Shown: piece after piece, positions 49,601 through 58,673 of the stretch
Position numbering within the stretch: the first letter of the stretch is position 1
Layout: every line of letters begins with the position of its first letter
Assembly: GCA_002422865.1 (NCBI GenBank)
Contig: DITN01000036.1
Coordinates: forward strand, 8,246-72,245
DNA: 64,000 nucleotides
Direction of reading: 5' to 3'
Origin: Bacteroidetes bacterium UBA6183
GTDB lineage: Bacteria > Bacteroidota > Bacteroidia > UKL13-3
Notes under the pieces: generated by a model
The model's database searches: none
The model's input: only the letters and a program-made list of their open reading frames with translations
What the model was told of the DNA's origin: nothing
Program-made: the position numbers and the translations under genes

Positions 49601-49761
49601 CTATGGCATTATCTAACAGTGTAGGGGCCGAAGTACAAAAGCCGCTGGCAACAGTTGTTATTGGTGGATTAATTATTTCTACAGCATTAACCTTATTTGT
49701 GCTTCCTGTACTTTATACCCTATTTACCAAAAAAGTAACCATCACTAATCCTGAGAAATAA
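46609..49761 (+). CDS. czcA: CzcA/CusA-family heavy-metal efflux RND transporter (CzcA type)
   Basis: PIDAVPD, GAIDFGLLVD, EGKMFSPMA, RIRPVLMTSLVAALGFMPMA, EVQKPLATVVIGG. Confidence 0.9.
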   Translation: MIDKLITYSTRSPWTIGFLILILTVWGGYSLQKLPIDAVPDVTTNQVDVITNSPNLSSLEIERFITTPIEMAMANIPGLIEVRSNSKFGSSVVKLIFKDEVDIYWARQQVFERLEYVKSEIPEGAGTPILGPASTGLGEIYQYVIRPTDIKNSKYTTTEIRTIQDWVVRRKLLGLNGVADVSGYGGFTKEYQAKIKPERLKSLGITVDELYEALAKGNSNTGGAYIEKDNKAYTIRGIGLAKNLEDIANTVIETRNGVPILVKEVADVEFGHALRYGALTMNGEGDVVGGSILMMKGANGNQVILDVKKRMAEIQEMLPEGLTIEPFVDRSKLVNAAIKTVATNLIEGAIIVFVVILLLLGNLRAGLLAASVIPLSMLFAFIMMNYTGVVGNIMSLGAIDFGLLVDPAIIVVESVVLFLAVAMSKRLRENPHAKITYKDRQDIVIESTITIKKSVVFGGLIILIVYFPILTLQGVEGKMFSPMAKTVGYAIIGALILALTYVPMMSALILRPAKSLHHDDIGAKIVNFFLKGINPLFNTCLKYKKAVVAFAGVVIFAGYIGFSNIGGEFIPKLQEGDILIDMNLPIGTPLTESISQSNNIQKFLMKEYPDEIERIVSKIGTSEVKVDPLPLESQEISVVLKDKKHWTKTKQQEELAAMFNESMKQFPGIILSIQQPIESRVNDMMSGARTDVVVQLYGPDLDTLVKKGNEIIQLVKTVPGAVDVQENKVFGLPQINIEYDRKAMALYGVKVEQVNRAIQTAFGGATAGVIYENDKRFDLTLRLVGEERVKRENIDNLMIEADNGQPVPLKELATIQEDVGPSEIGHEGLQRRVNLGFNVRGRDLESVVNDVMKLVDSKVQLPENYRVTYGGEFENFSRAKGTLAIVVPISLLIILGLLYLTFGNFKDSLLIYSVVPLSAVGGVLSLLIRDMNFSISAGVGFIALFGVAVLNGILLVSHFNHLGTLGINDLDQRVKQGLQERIRPVLMTSLVAALGFMPMALSNSVGAEVQKPLATVVIGGLIISTALTLFVLPVLYTLFTKKVTITNPEK

Positions 49762-49766
49762 ACAGC

Positions 49767-50960
49767 ATGAGAGTTTTAATGATTACCCTATTAACCTGGG
49801 CTGGTTTTGCGGCATTTGCACAACAAAACAACAGCAGTTTAAGTAGACCCAAAGCATTGCAGCTTGCACAAGAAAAAAATCCGCAAGTAAAATTAGCCAA
49901 CCTAAAAAAAGAAAAGCAACAGGCACTTAAAGCCTTTTCGCTAACTGTAGCCTCACCAGAAATTATTTTTGAGGCACCAACTTCAACCGAATTACGTCCG
50001 GGTATTCTACAATCATTTGATTTTCCAACTACCTACATCAGAAAGTATCAGTCGCAAAGCCAACAGATATTGATGGCCGAAACTGAGAAACAAATTACAC
50101 TTAACCAACTGCGTTATCAGGTAAACACAACCTACAACGAGATGCAATATTTGCGTGAGGTATTTGCATCATACCAACAACAAGATTCGTTATTGGAAGA
50201 TGTGGTTGAAGTGACCAATGTGAGATTAGAAGTAGGACAAATTTCTAACCTGGAGAAACTAAATGCCGAATCGCAATACCGAGAGGTTAAATACCAACTC
50301 GACCAAGTAAAATCAAAACTGCGCACAGCTCGGGTTCACATGAGTTTACTTACCGGTAACCCATCAGACACAAGCTTAACTGCTGCCGATGAGTTTGTTA
50401 AACTTGCCATACCAAACGGTGTTGCCAATACCGATGATGCGTTTAACAGCAATCCTCTAACCGCATATTACGAGCAAAACAAAAAGCTGCAACATTTACA
50501 GCTTAAGCAAAATCAAAGTTATTGGTTTCCGAGTTTAATTGTGGGCTACTTAAACCAAGGTGCATCAAACTCACCCATGCAATACCGCATGCGTTATGGC
50601 TTTACGTTTCCATTGTGGTTTTGGAGCAATACATCACAAGTTAAAGCCGCACGCAAAAATGTAAGTATTGCCGATCAGCAATCGGTATTAAACCAATACG
50701 ATTTAAAAGGCAACTACGCACAAGCATTATCGGAGTTAAGGCAATTTACCGAAGCGCTAAACTATTTTGAACAAACAGCACTTCCGCAAGCACAAGAAAT
50801 ATCAATAACGGCTAAAGAAGGATACCGACTTGGTAGTATTGGTTATTACAATTACTTGTTAAACCTTCAACAAGTAATTAAGATTAGACTTGGATATTTA
50901 GAGGCATTAAAAAATTACAACCAAGCCATTTTCACCATTCAATATTTAAGAGGAGAATAA
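49767..50960 (+). CDS. TolC/CzcC-family outer-membrane efflux protein
   Basis: Signal peptide, helical repeats, C-terminal 'YRLGSIGYYNYL..Q' pattern; position in the operon. Confidence 0.85.
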   Translation: MRVLMITLLTWAGFAAFAQQNNSSLSRPKALQLAQEKNPQVKLANLKKEKQQALKAFSLTVASPEIIFEAPTSTELRPGILQSFDFPTTYIRKYQSQSQQILMAETEKQITLNQLRYQVNTTYNEMQYLREVFASYQQQDSLLEDVVEVTNVRLEVGQISNLEKLNAESQYREVKYQLDQVKSKLRTARVHMSLLTGNPSDTSLTAADEFVKLAIPNGVANTDDAFNSNPLTAYYEQNKKLQHLQLKQNQSYWFPSLIVGYLNQGASNSPMQYRMRYGFTFPLWFWSNTSQVKAARKNVSIADQQSVLNQYDLKGNYAQALSELRQFTEALNYFEQTALPQAQEISITAKEGYRLGSIGYYNYLLNLQQVIKIRLGYLEALKNYNQAIFTIQYLRGE

Positions 50961-50965
50961 CAACA

Positions 50966-52129
50966 ATGAGAAATATATTTATAGCATATAGCCTAGTGAT
51001 GATTTTAGCAGCATGTGGCAACAGCCCAAAAACTGAAACAACTGCAGAAATAACTGCAATAGACAGCGACTCGATAACACTTACCCAACAACAACTTAAT
51101 GGTGTAAATGTGAAGTTCGCACAATTTACACCACGCTTAATTAAACCCGTTATACATGCCAACGGGGCAATTAAATTATTACCCGAAAGCAAGGCAGAAG
51201 TGAGTTCTCACATTAGTGGTAAAGTTGAGCGTATTTATGTGCGCGAAGGGATGTATGTAAAAAAAGATCAAGTACTCATCAGCATAAGTAGTTTTGATGT
51301 GCTTGAATTACAAAACGAATATGTATCAGCCAAAAACGAAACCGAATTTCAGCTTATCGAATTTGAACGCCAATCGGCTTTAAAAAAACGTAACATGGGT
51401 GTACTAGCCGATTTTCAAGCAACAAAATCAAAATACCAATCGGCTGTAATTAAAGAAAAAACCCTTAAACAAAAGTTGGAAATTATCGGTATTGACACCC
51501 GTTTGTTTAACGATTTAACGAATCCGAACATTCAAAAAACATTAGACATCAAAGCCCCATTTAGTGGTTACATCAATAAGCTTAATGTGCACGCAGGTTC
51601 GTTGGTACAAACCGAAACCATTTTGGCTGAAATAATTGACCCAACACAACTACAAGCCGAGGTTTATGTATACGAAAAAGATGCTGAATTGATGCAAGAA
51701 GGCTTACCCGTTACCCTAAATTTTGTACAAAAAGGTATTGCACCACTAAGCGGAAAAGTATTGTTTGTATCAAGGGCATTAGACCCGGTAAATAAAACCA
51801 TCACCTTACATGTTCAGTTTACACAGCCAAACAATAAAGAAATACATGCAGACATGAATATAAAGGCCGTGATAACCGGTATTTCAAATAGCAAACCATT
51901 ACTTGCCATTCCATCAACTACCATTTATGATGATGGTGATAACAAATATATTTTTGTGACAATGGATCCCTCAAAAAACCAAGTAGGCATGAAAAAATTT
52001 AGAATTGAAATTTTAAATGAAGACGAAGGGTACGCAGTTATAAAATCAATTCAACAGCTTCCTGAAAATTGTTGGGTTGCCGATAACAATGTGTTGGCCA
52101 TTGAAGCTGAAAGGAAGAAAAACGAATAA
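50966..52129 (+). CDS. RND periplasmic adaptor subunit (CzcB-like lipoprotein)
   Basis: Lipobox LAAC; SHISGKVERIYVREG; IKAPFSG. Confidence 0.88.
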   Translation: MRNIFIAYSLVMILAACGNSPKTETTAEITAIDSDSITLTQQQLNGVNVKFAQFTPRLIKPVIHANGAIKLLPESKAEVSSHISGKVERIYVREGMYVKKDQVLISISSFDVLELQNEYVSAKNETEFQLIEFERQSALKKRNMGVLADFQATKSKYQSAVIKEKTLKQKLEIIGIDTRLFNDLTNPNIQKTLDIKAPFSGYINKLNVHAGSLVQTETILAEIIDPTQLQAEVYVYEKDAELMQEGLPVTLNFVQKGIAPLSGKVLFVSRALDPVNKTITLHVQFTQPNNKEIHADMNIKAVITGISNSKPLLAIPSTTIYDDGDNKYIFVTMDPSKNQVGMKKFRIEILNEDEGYAVIKSIQQLPENCWVADNNVLAIEAERKKNE

Positions 52130-52130
52130 C

Positions 52131-52682
52131 TTATTTGGCAGTTGGATATTTACGGTGTTTGGTAATGTTATTAAAAAACATGGCTACTAAAAACAAAATA
52201 AGTACACCAACCAATACCGGATTAATCAAATAAAAATATCCTAATCCACGAATTTTTTCGCTGCCAATAATGGCTATTAAAGCAGTAGCTCCACCGGGAG
52301 GATGAAGTGTTTTGGTGATTTGCATAGCCACAATACTTAATGATACCGAAAGTGCTGCTGCTAACCAAATTTCGTTGGGTAAAAGCATACAAACTGTAAC
52401 ACCGATAAATGCACTGATGAGGTGACCGCCAATTAAATTTCGGGGTTGAGCCAACGGACTATTAATAACACCATATACCAAAACAGATGATGCACCAAAA
52501 GAACCAATTAAAAATAAATTATCATTTAAAATGAAATATTTACTGTTGATGAAACCAATGATACCAATACCGAAAAATGCCCCCAAAAAAGTTAACAGGT
52601 GTTCTTTGGTATCAATCAATGTTTCCTTGTATAAAACGTATTTTGCCTTACGGTAATTACGCTTAATTTTTTTCATTGCCAT
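52131..52682 (-). CDS. HPP-family membrane protein
   Basis: SFGASSVL..SPLAQPRNLIGGH..TLHPPGGATAL. Confidence 0.92.
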   Translation of the reverse strand: MAMKKIKRNYRKAKYVLYKETLIDTKEHLLTFLGAFFGIGIIGFINSKYFILNDNLFLIGSFGASSVLVYGVINSPLAQPRNLIGGHLISAFIGVTVCMLLPNEIWLAAALSVSLSIVAMQITKTLHPPGGATALIAIIGSEKIRGLGYFYLINPVLVGVLILFLVAMFFNNITKHRKYPTAK

Positions 52683-52929
52683 ATTTAATATAAGTTTGCA
52701 ACAGTAATAACATGCAATTATTTAAGCACATATCACTCATCAAAACCAAAGGCACAAATATAACATTTAGCCAAAAGGTATTCGTGTGCAATAGTAATTT
52801 CAAAGTTTGTGGGCTTAATTTTTATCCGGCCAACAAAGACTTTCATTCATAACCCGAAACAACAAACTATTATCTAATAGTTGTTTCGGGACACTTTCTC
52901 AATAAACTTTCTTTTAATCATTTAAAATT

Positions 52930-54492
52930 ATGAAGTGGCTTTTTAGCGTAAGAACCATTATTGGTATGGTTTTACTTTTTTGTTTGACCATTGCTGCCGA
53001 CATGCTTGAAAAACATTTGTACAGTGGCATTGTATTTAGTTTACTATTAACCTTTTTTATCGGGTTATATTTGTACAACATCATTCAAGCTCAGCATTCG
53101 ATTTTGCGTAATTACCCCATTGTGGGTTACCTGCGTTACTTTTTCGAGAGTTTTAGACCCGAATTACGTCAGTACTTTTTCGAGAGTGATTTGGATGGAA
53201 AACCATTTAATAGAAGACAACGCTCCATTGTTTATCAGCGTGCAAAAAACGTAAGGCAAACTGTACCTTTTGGTATGCAGGTAAACAGTTTGGAGGAAGG
53301 TTATGAGTGGATTGCACACACCATGTTTCCGGCACATATTAACAGCAGCGATTTACGTGTAACTGTTGGTGGTAAAAATTGTAATCAACCTTATTCAGCA
53401 AGCATATTAAACATATCGGCCATGAGTTACGGATCGTTGAGTAAAACTGCCATACAATCGCTTAACGAAGGGGCTAAGTTGGGTAAGTTTGCGCACAACA
53501 CAGGTGAAGGCGGAATCAGCCCTTACCACTTAGCCGGTGGTGGTGATTTAATTTGGCAAATTGGTACCGGATATTTTGGTTGCCGCAATCAGGATGGCAC
53601 GTTTAGTGGCGAATTGTTTAAGGAACAAGTTGCACATCCACATATAAAAATGGTGGAAATAAAACTGTCACAAGGTGCAAAACCTGGCCACGGTGGTATT
53701 TTACCGGCCGCTAAAAACACACCTGAGATTGCAGCCATTCGTAAGGTTGAACCATACACCACAGTTGCTTCTCCTCCCGGGCATAGTGCCTTTAGTAACA
53801 TGTTTGGGTTGATACAATTTATTAAACAATTACGTGTATTAAGCAATGGTAAACCCATTGGTATAAAACTTTGCGTGGGTAGTAAATTAGAGTTTACCGA
53901 AATGGTTGAAACCATGAAAGCCGAGCAAATTTTCCCCGACTTTATTACCATTGATGGTGCCGAAGGCGGAACGGGTGCTGCACCACTAGAGTTTTCGGAT
54001 AGTTTGGGTATGCCTTTATATGATGCACTTTCTTTTGCGCACGATACTTTACAAAAATTAGGCATACGTAACGAAGTGAAAATATTTGCTGCCGGAAAAA
54101 TTATTACCGGGGTTGATATTATTAAAGCATTGGCACTTGGAGCAAATGCATGTTACAGTGCACGTGGAATGATGTTTTCTTTAGGCTGTATACAAGCCTT
54201 AAAGTGCGATTCGGGTAAGTGCCCTGTAGGTATTGCTACACAAGAAAAACAATTGTACCAAGGCGTAGACATTACCGATAAAAGAGTACGTGTAAAAAAC
54301 TTCCATAACAATACCTTAAAATCGACAGTTGAGGTAATGGAAGCATGCGGTTTTAGTGATGTAAGTGACATTAAACCAGAAAAAATATTTAGAAGAATTG
54401 GTGATGGACATGTAGCTACATTTAAAGAAATTTATTTTGATAGAATAGCTCCTACTCAAACAAAAATTAAACAAGTATCAACCCTTAACTAA
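52930..54492 (+). CDS. FMN-binding glutamate synthase family protein (stand-alone GltB FMN domain)
   Basis: NISAMSYGSLS, NTGEGG, EIKLSQGAKPGHGG, DGAEGGTGAAP, GCIQALKCDSGKCPVG. Confidence 0.9.
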   Translation: MKWLFSVRTIIGMVLLFCLTIAADMLEKHLYSGIVFSLLLTFFIGLYLYNIIQAQHSILRNYPIVGYLRYFFESFRPELRQYFFESDLDGKPFNRRQRSIVYQRAKNVRQTVPFGMQVNSLEEGYEWIAHTMFPAHINSSDLRVTVGGKNCNQPYSASILNISAMSYGSLSKTAIQSLNEGAKLGKFAHNTGEGGISPYHLAGGGDLIWQIGTGYFGCRNQDGTFSGELFKEQVAHPHIKMVEIKLSQGAKPGHGGILPAAKNTPEIAAIRKVEPYTTVASPPGHSAFSNMFGLIQFIKQLRVLSNGKPIGIKLCVGSKLEFTEMVETMKAEQIFPDFITIDGAEGGTGAAPLEFSDSLGMPLYDALSFAHDTLQKLGIRNEVKIFAAGKIITGVDIIKALALGANACYSARGMMFSLGCIQALKCDSGKCPVGIATQEKQLYQGVDITDKRVRVKNFHNNTLKSTVEVMEACGFSDVSDIKPEKIFRRIGDGHVATFKEIYFDRIAPTQTKIKQVSTLN

Positions 54493-54500
54493 TATTTAAG

Positions 54501-54902
54501 ATGATGACATTAAATGAAAAAGACTACAACCGTTTAATAGCTGCGATTAAACAATTACGCATGAGTGCGGTTGGTAACAGCAACATAAAAAGTTTAGCAG
54601 AGAACTTAAAAGATGCGCAGGTCATTCCATCGGATAAAACACCTGAAGATTTAATTACCATGAACTCAAAAGTGTTATTAAAACGAATGGACAATAACCA
54701 AGATATGGAAGTATCAGTCGTTTATCACGATGATGCTGACATCAAATCGAAAAAGGTATCTGTTTTTGCACCAATGGGTATTGCCCTATTGGGCAAACGC
54801 GAGCAACAAGTAATTAACTGTAACCTACCTAACGGCAATATTTCTTACATGGTAAGTAAGCTACTCTATCAACCCGAAGCTGCAGGTGATTTGAATTTGT
54901 AA
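54501..54902 (+). CDS. rnk: Rnk / GreA-GreB-family regulator
   Basis: DLITMNSKV, VSVFAPMGIALLG, YQPEAAGD. Confidence 0.88.
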   Translation: MMTLNEKDYNRLIAAIKQLRMSAVGNSNIKSLAENLKDAQVIPSDKTPEDLITMNSKVLLKRMDNNQDMEVSVVYHDDADIKSKKVSVFAPMGIALLGKREQQVINCNLPNGNISYMVSKLLYQPEAAGDLNL

Positions 54903-54920
54903 ACAACAAAGTTCATGCAT

Positions 54921-54952
54921 AAAAAAAGTCTCGCCAATGGCGAGACTTTTTT
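54921..54952. terminator. Bidirectional intrinsic terminator
   Basis: AAAAAAAGTCTCGCCA-A-TGGCGAGACTTTTTT. Confidence 0.9.
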
Positions 54953-54972
54953 GTTTATAGCTTGATAACTAA

Positions 54973-56568
54973 CTAAGCGTTTTGTGTTGCCTTAGGTGCT
55001 GCATTTAAAATTTCTGCATCAACACCGGCAGCATATTGTTCGAAGTTTTTAACGAACATGTTTGCTAATTTATTTGCTTGTGCATCGTAAGCTGCTTTAT
55101 CAGCCCAAGTATTGCGTGGGTTTAATAACTCAGCAGGTACATTAGGACAAGCAGTTGGCATGGCATAACCAAATACTGCGTGGTTTTCATATGCAACGTT
55201 GTTTAATTCACCATTTAAAGCAGCAGTAATCATAGCACGGGTGTATGATAATTTCATACGAGAGCCTGTGCCATAAGCACCACCAGTCCAACCGGTGTTA
55301 ATTAACCACACATTAATGTTTGGGTTAACTTTTAATTTTTCGCCTAACATTTTAGCGTATTTACCGGGATGTAATGGTAAAAACACACGACCAAAACAAG
55401 CAGAGAAGGTAGCTTGTGGCTCGGTAACACCGGCCTCTGTACCTGCAACTTTAGCAGTATAACCACTAATAAAGCTATACATCGCTTGTCCGGCATTTAG
55501 TTTAGATATTGGAGGTAATACACCAAAAGCATCAGCTGTTAAGAAGAAAATATTTTCAGGTGTTTTTCCTACCGATGGTACTGCGATGTTATCAATTAAG
55601 TTTATTGGATAAGCAGCACGGGTATTCTCTGTAACAGAGATGTTGGTATAATCAACCGTAGTAGTACCCGGATAAAAACGGGTATTTTCTAACAATGAAC
55701 CAAACTGAATGGCATCAAAAATTTGAGGCTCTTTTTCTTTGGTTAAATCGACACATTTAGCATAGCAACCTCCTTCAAAGTTAAATACACTATTGTCAGC
55801 CCAACCATGTTCATCATCACCAATTAATTTACGCTCTGGATCGGCAGATAAAGTTGTTTTACCTGTTCCTGATAAACCAAAAAATACGGCAGTATCTCCG
55901 TTTTTACCAATGTTAGCTGAACAATGCATTGATAACACACCTTTTTCTTCAGGTAAAATATAGTTCAACACGGTGAAGATACCTTTCTTCATTTCGCCTG
56001 TGTATGCACTACCACCAATTAAAATAATTTTACGGGTAAAATCAATCATGGTAAAGTTGTGCTGACGTGTTCCGTCTTCAGCGGCAACAGCTTTAAAGCT
56101 AGGAGCGTTGATGATTAACCACTCAGGAGCAAAATCTTTTAACTCTTCCGCTGTTGGGCGTAAAAACAAGTTGTTGCAAAACAAGTTGTGGTATGCAGTT
56201 TCGTTAAACACACGAATGTTTAAACGGTAGGCAGGATCAGCGCATGCATAAGCATCACGGGTGTAAATGTTTTTGCCTTCAAAGTGTTTGATTACTTTGT
56301 TTAATAAAGCATCAAATTTTGCAGGTTCAAACTTTTGGTTTACATCTCCCCACCAAACTGTGTTTTCTGTCTTAGCATCAGCCACACAAAATTTATCTTT
56401 TGGTGAGCGTCCTGTAAATTCACCGGTGTCGGCCATTAATGCACCAGAATCAGTTAATACACCTTCTCCGTTTTTAATGGCGTGTTGCACCAATTGTGCT
56501 GGTGTTAAATTTTGGAAAGTTTGGCCTGCGTTGGCCATAATCTTTTCAACTATTGAATTGGTTGTCAT
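54973..56568 (-). CDS. pckA: Phosphoenolpyruvate carboxykinase (ATP)
   Basis: GRSPKDK, FFGLSGTGKTTLS, IGDDEHGW, NFEGGCYAK. Confidence 0.97.
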   Translation of the reverse strand: MTTNSIVEKIMANAGQTFQNLTPAQLVQHAIKNGEGVLTDSGALMADTGEFTGRSPKDKFCVADAKTENTVWWGDVNQKFEPAKFDALLNKVIKHFEGKNIYTRDAYACADPAYRLNIRVFNETAYHNLFCNNLFLRPTAEELKDFAPEWLIINAPSFKAVAAEDGTRQHNFTMIDFTRKIILIGGSAYTGEMKKGIFTVLNYILPEEKGVLSMHCSANIGKNGDTAVFFGLSGTGKTTLSADPERKLIGDDEHGWADNSVFNFEGGCYAKCVDLTKEKEPQIFDAIQFGSLLENTRFYPGTTTVDYTNISVTENTRAAYPINLIDNIAVPSVGKTPENIFFLTADAFGVLPPISKLNAGQAMYSFISGYTAKVAGTEAGVTEPQATFSACFGRVFLPLHPGKYAKMLGEKLKVNPNINVWLINTGWTGGAYGTGSRMKLSYTRAMITAALNGELNNVAYENHAVFGYAMPTACPNVPAELLNPRNTWADKAAYDAQANKLANMFVKNFEQYAAGVDAEILNAAPKATQNA

Positions 56569-56788
56569 ATTTAAGGTTGTTCAATTGCGAAGTGGGAGCA
56601 AAAATAATGATTCCGATAACAGGAAAAAATATAAATTTAATCTGCTGTTATTCAGGGGCTAATTTCCTTAAAACACCTCAATTAATTGATTAAAATCATG
56701 TGGCAAAAATCAAAACCATATTTTAACGGGTATTGTTGTAAATACAAGTATACCCATAGCTTATCATTTGTTTAGATGTAATATCAAT

Positions 56789-57652
56789 TTAAATGATCTC
56801 TAACACCCTTTTTATTGCACTCTCCACAATTAAACCCGGGTTACTGCTAAAGGTATGATTGATTCTGTTGGCTAAAATTGCATTAACTGACACTGCCTCA
56901 TGGCCTAATAAAGTAGCCATACCATATATGGCAGCTGTTTCCATTTCAAAATTGGTTATACGCAATCCGTTTACCTCAATATTTGATAATCGCTTAATTA
57001 AATCTTCATATTTAGCCTCAGCCCTAAGCATGCGCCCTTGAGGTGCGTAAAATCCACAACAAGTGGCCGTTATACCAAAATTAAAATGCTTACTAAACTT
57101 TGTAAACAAATCACCGGGAGCTTTAAATAGATATGGATTAACAAACAGCAACTCCAACTGTTCATCAATGGCATTTAACATGTTTGATATTTCATCGTTT
57201 TCCTCATAATCATAAAACTGCATTAAGCTATCAAGTCCTAAGCCGTATGATGAAACAAGGATATCATTTACTTGCAAATTATCTTGTAAAGAACCACTGG
57301 TACCAATACGTATAAACTTTAATGAAGTTGGTGTTGTTTTCACCTCACGTGTTTTGAGGTTAATATTAGCCAAAGCATCCAATTCGTTCATTACAATATC
57401 AATATTATCTGTACCTATTCCTGTTGATACTACAGATATACGTTTATTGCCAACGTAACCGGTATGGGTTATAAACTCTCGCTTGCTTTTTTTAACTTCA
57501 ATTTTGTCAAAGTGTTTCGATACTTCAGCAACACGATTTTGGTCACCCACCAAAATAACTGTTTCTGCCAACTCTTCAGGCAGAAGGTGTAAATGGTAGA
57601 TACTACCATCATTATTTAATACCAATTCACTTTCCGGGATAATTGTGCTCAT
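56789..57652 (-). CDS. Nucleoside phosphorylase (uridine phosphorylase family)
   Basis: VGDQNRV, STGIGTDNIDI, RIGTSG, FYAPQGR, NFEMET. Confidence 0.9.
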   Translation of the reverse strand: MSTIIPESELVLNNDGSIYHLHLLPEELAETVILVGDQNRVAEVSKHFDKIEVKKSKREFITHTGYVGNKRISVVSTGIGTDNIDIVMNELDALANINLKTREVKTTPTSLKFIRIGTSGSLQDNLQVNDILVSSYGLGLDSLMQFYDYEENDEISNMLNAIDEQLELLFVNPYLFKAPGDLFTKFSKHFNFGITATCCGFYAPQGRMLRAEAKYEDLIKRLSNIEVNGLRITNFEMETAAIYGMATLLGHEAVSVNAILANRINHTFSSNPGLIVESAIKRVLEII

Positions 57653-57742
57653 GTATATATGTCATTTATTGTTTTGACCAATATCATTATGTAAATTCAA
57701 ATACTCGTATATATTTGTAGGGCAATTTACACTTTAAACATT

Positions 57743-58621
57743 ATGCAAACAACTCAGAAAAACACCATCCTTATTCCAGTAGACTTTAGTGATATCGCTA
57801 TGCACGCATTAGACCATGCGATTAATGTTGCCAAACATTTTAACAACAACTTGGCTTTACTGTATGTAGTTGAGGAAGGTATACTTAGTGGATTGTTGGG
57901 CAAAAACGAAAAACAAGAACAATTGATTAAAGAGGCTGCGACAACACGCATGGAAAGATTATCAATCGATATCAAAACCCAACATGGTATTGACTGCAGC
58001 ATATATGTCCGTTCGGGTAAAATTTATAAGTTGATTACAGAGGTAGTGGAAGAATTAAAATGCGATAGCGTAATTATGGGATCGCACGGTGCTTCAGGCT
58101 TAGGTCAATTAATAGGAAGTAACTCTTCACGCACCATCATGCACAGCAAGGTGCCAGTAATTGTTGTAAAATCAGCACAAACTTCAAACATTTATAAAAG
58201 TATTGTTTTCCCTGTTGATTTAACCATTGAATCACGCCAAAAAGTTAAATGGGCTATACACTTAGGTAAATCTTATGGTTCAACCATTCGTTTGTTTAGT
58301 TTTAAAACCAATGACGAATTATTGGATGCTAAAATTGAAGGTGCGTTGCACCAAGTAGAAAACATGCTGAAAGAAAATGGAGTAAACTACACTACCTTTA
58401 TCAAAGAAAAGTTAGAAGGTAATTTTGCTGACGAAACCATTAAATACGCAGAAAGCATAGATGCCGACTTATTAATGATTATGACCCAAACAGAAGATAA
58501 AGACTTTAAAGAGTTGGTGTTTGGAACATACGCGCAACAAATTGTAAATACCTCACAACGTATTCCGGTTATGTGTCTCAATCCTACTAAAACCGGTATG
58601 ATATCGGGATGGGGATATTAA
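57743..58621 (+). CDS. Universal stress protein (tandem Usp domains)
   Basis: ILIPVDFS; VIMGSHGASG..GSN...VPVIVV; TATATTTG at 57710-57717. Confidence 0.9.
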   Translation: MQTTQKNTILIPVDFSDIAMHALDHAINVAKHFNNNLALLYVVEEGILSGLLGKNEKQEQLIKEAATTRMERLSIDIKTQHGIDCSIYVRSGKIYKLITEVVEELKCDSVIMGSHGASGLGQLIGSNSSRTIMHSKVPVIVVKSAQTSNIYKSIVFPVDLTIESRQKVKWAIHLGKSYGSTIRLFSFKTNDELLDAKIEGALHQVENMLKENGVNYTTFIKEKLEGNFADETIKYAESIDADLLMIMTQTEDKDFKELVFGTYAQQIVNTSQRIPVMCLNPTKTGMISGWGY

Positions 58622-58640
58622 TTGTAAATAAACTTAATTT

Positions 58641-58670
58641 AAAAAGAGGCTTCAACAAGCCTCTTTTTTT
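58641..58670. terminator. Bidirectional intrinsic terminator
   Basis: AAAAAGAGGCTT-CAAC-AAGCCTCTTTTTTT. Confidence 0.9.
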
Positions 58671-58673
58671 ATG

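Noticed and set aside
53589-54065. Long antisense ORFs (also 14637-15005, 32623-32991, 41598-41921, 47181-47504, 48882-49181, 56267-56662)
   Set aside because: Shadows of well-conserved genes on the opposite strand, with no recognisable domains or expression signals
56686-56699. TTGAT-TAAA-ATCAT FNR-like site near pckA
   Set aside because: About 90 nt from the -7 box and easily matched by chance in AT-rich DNA
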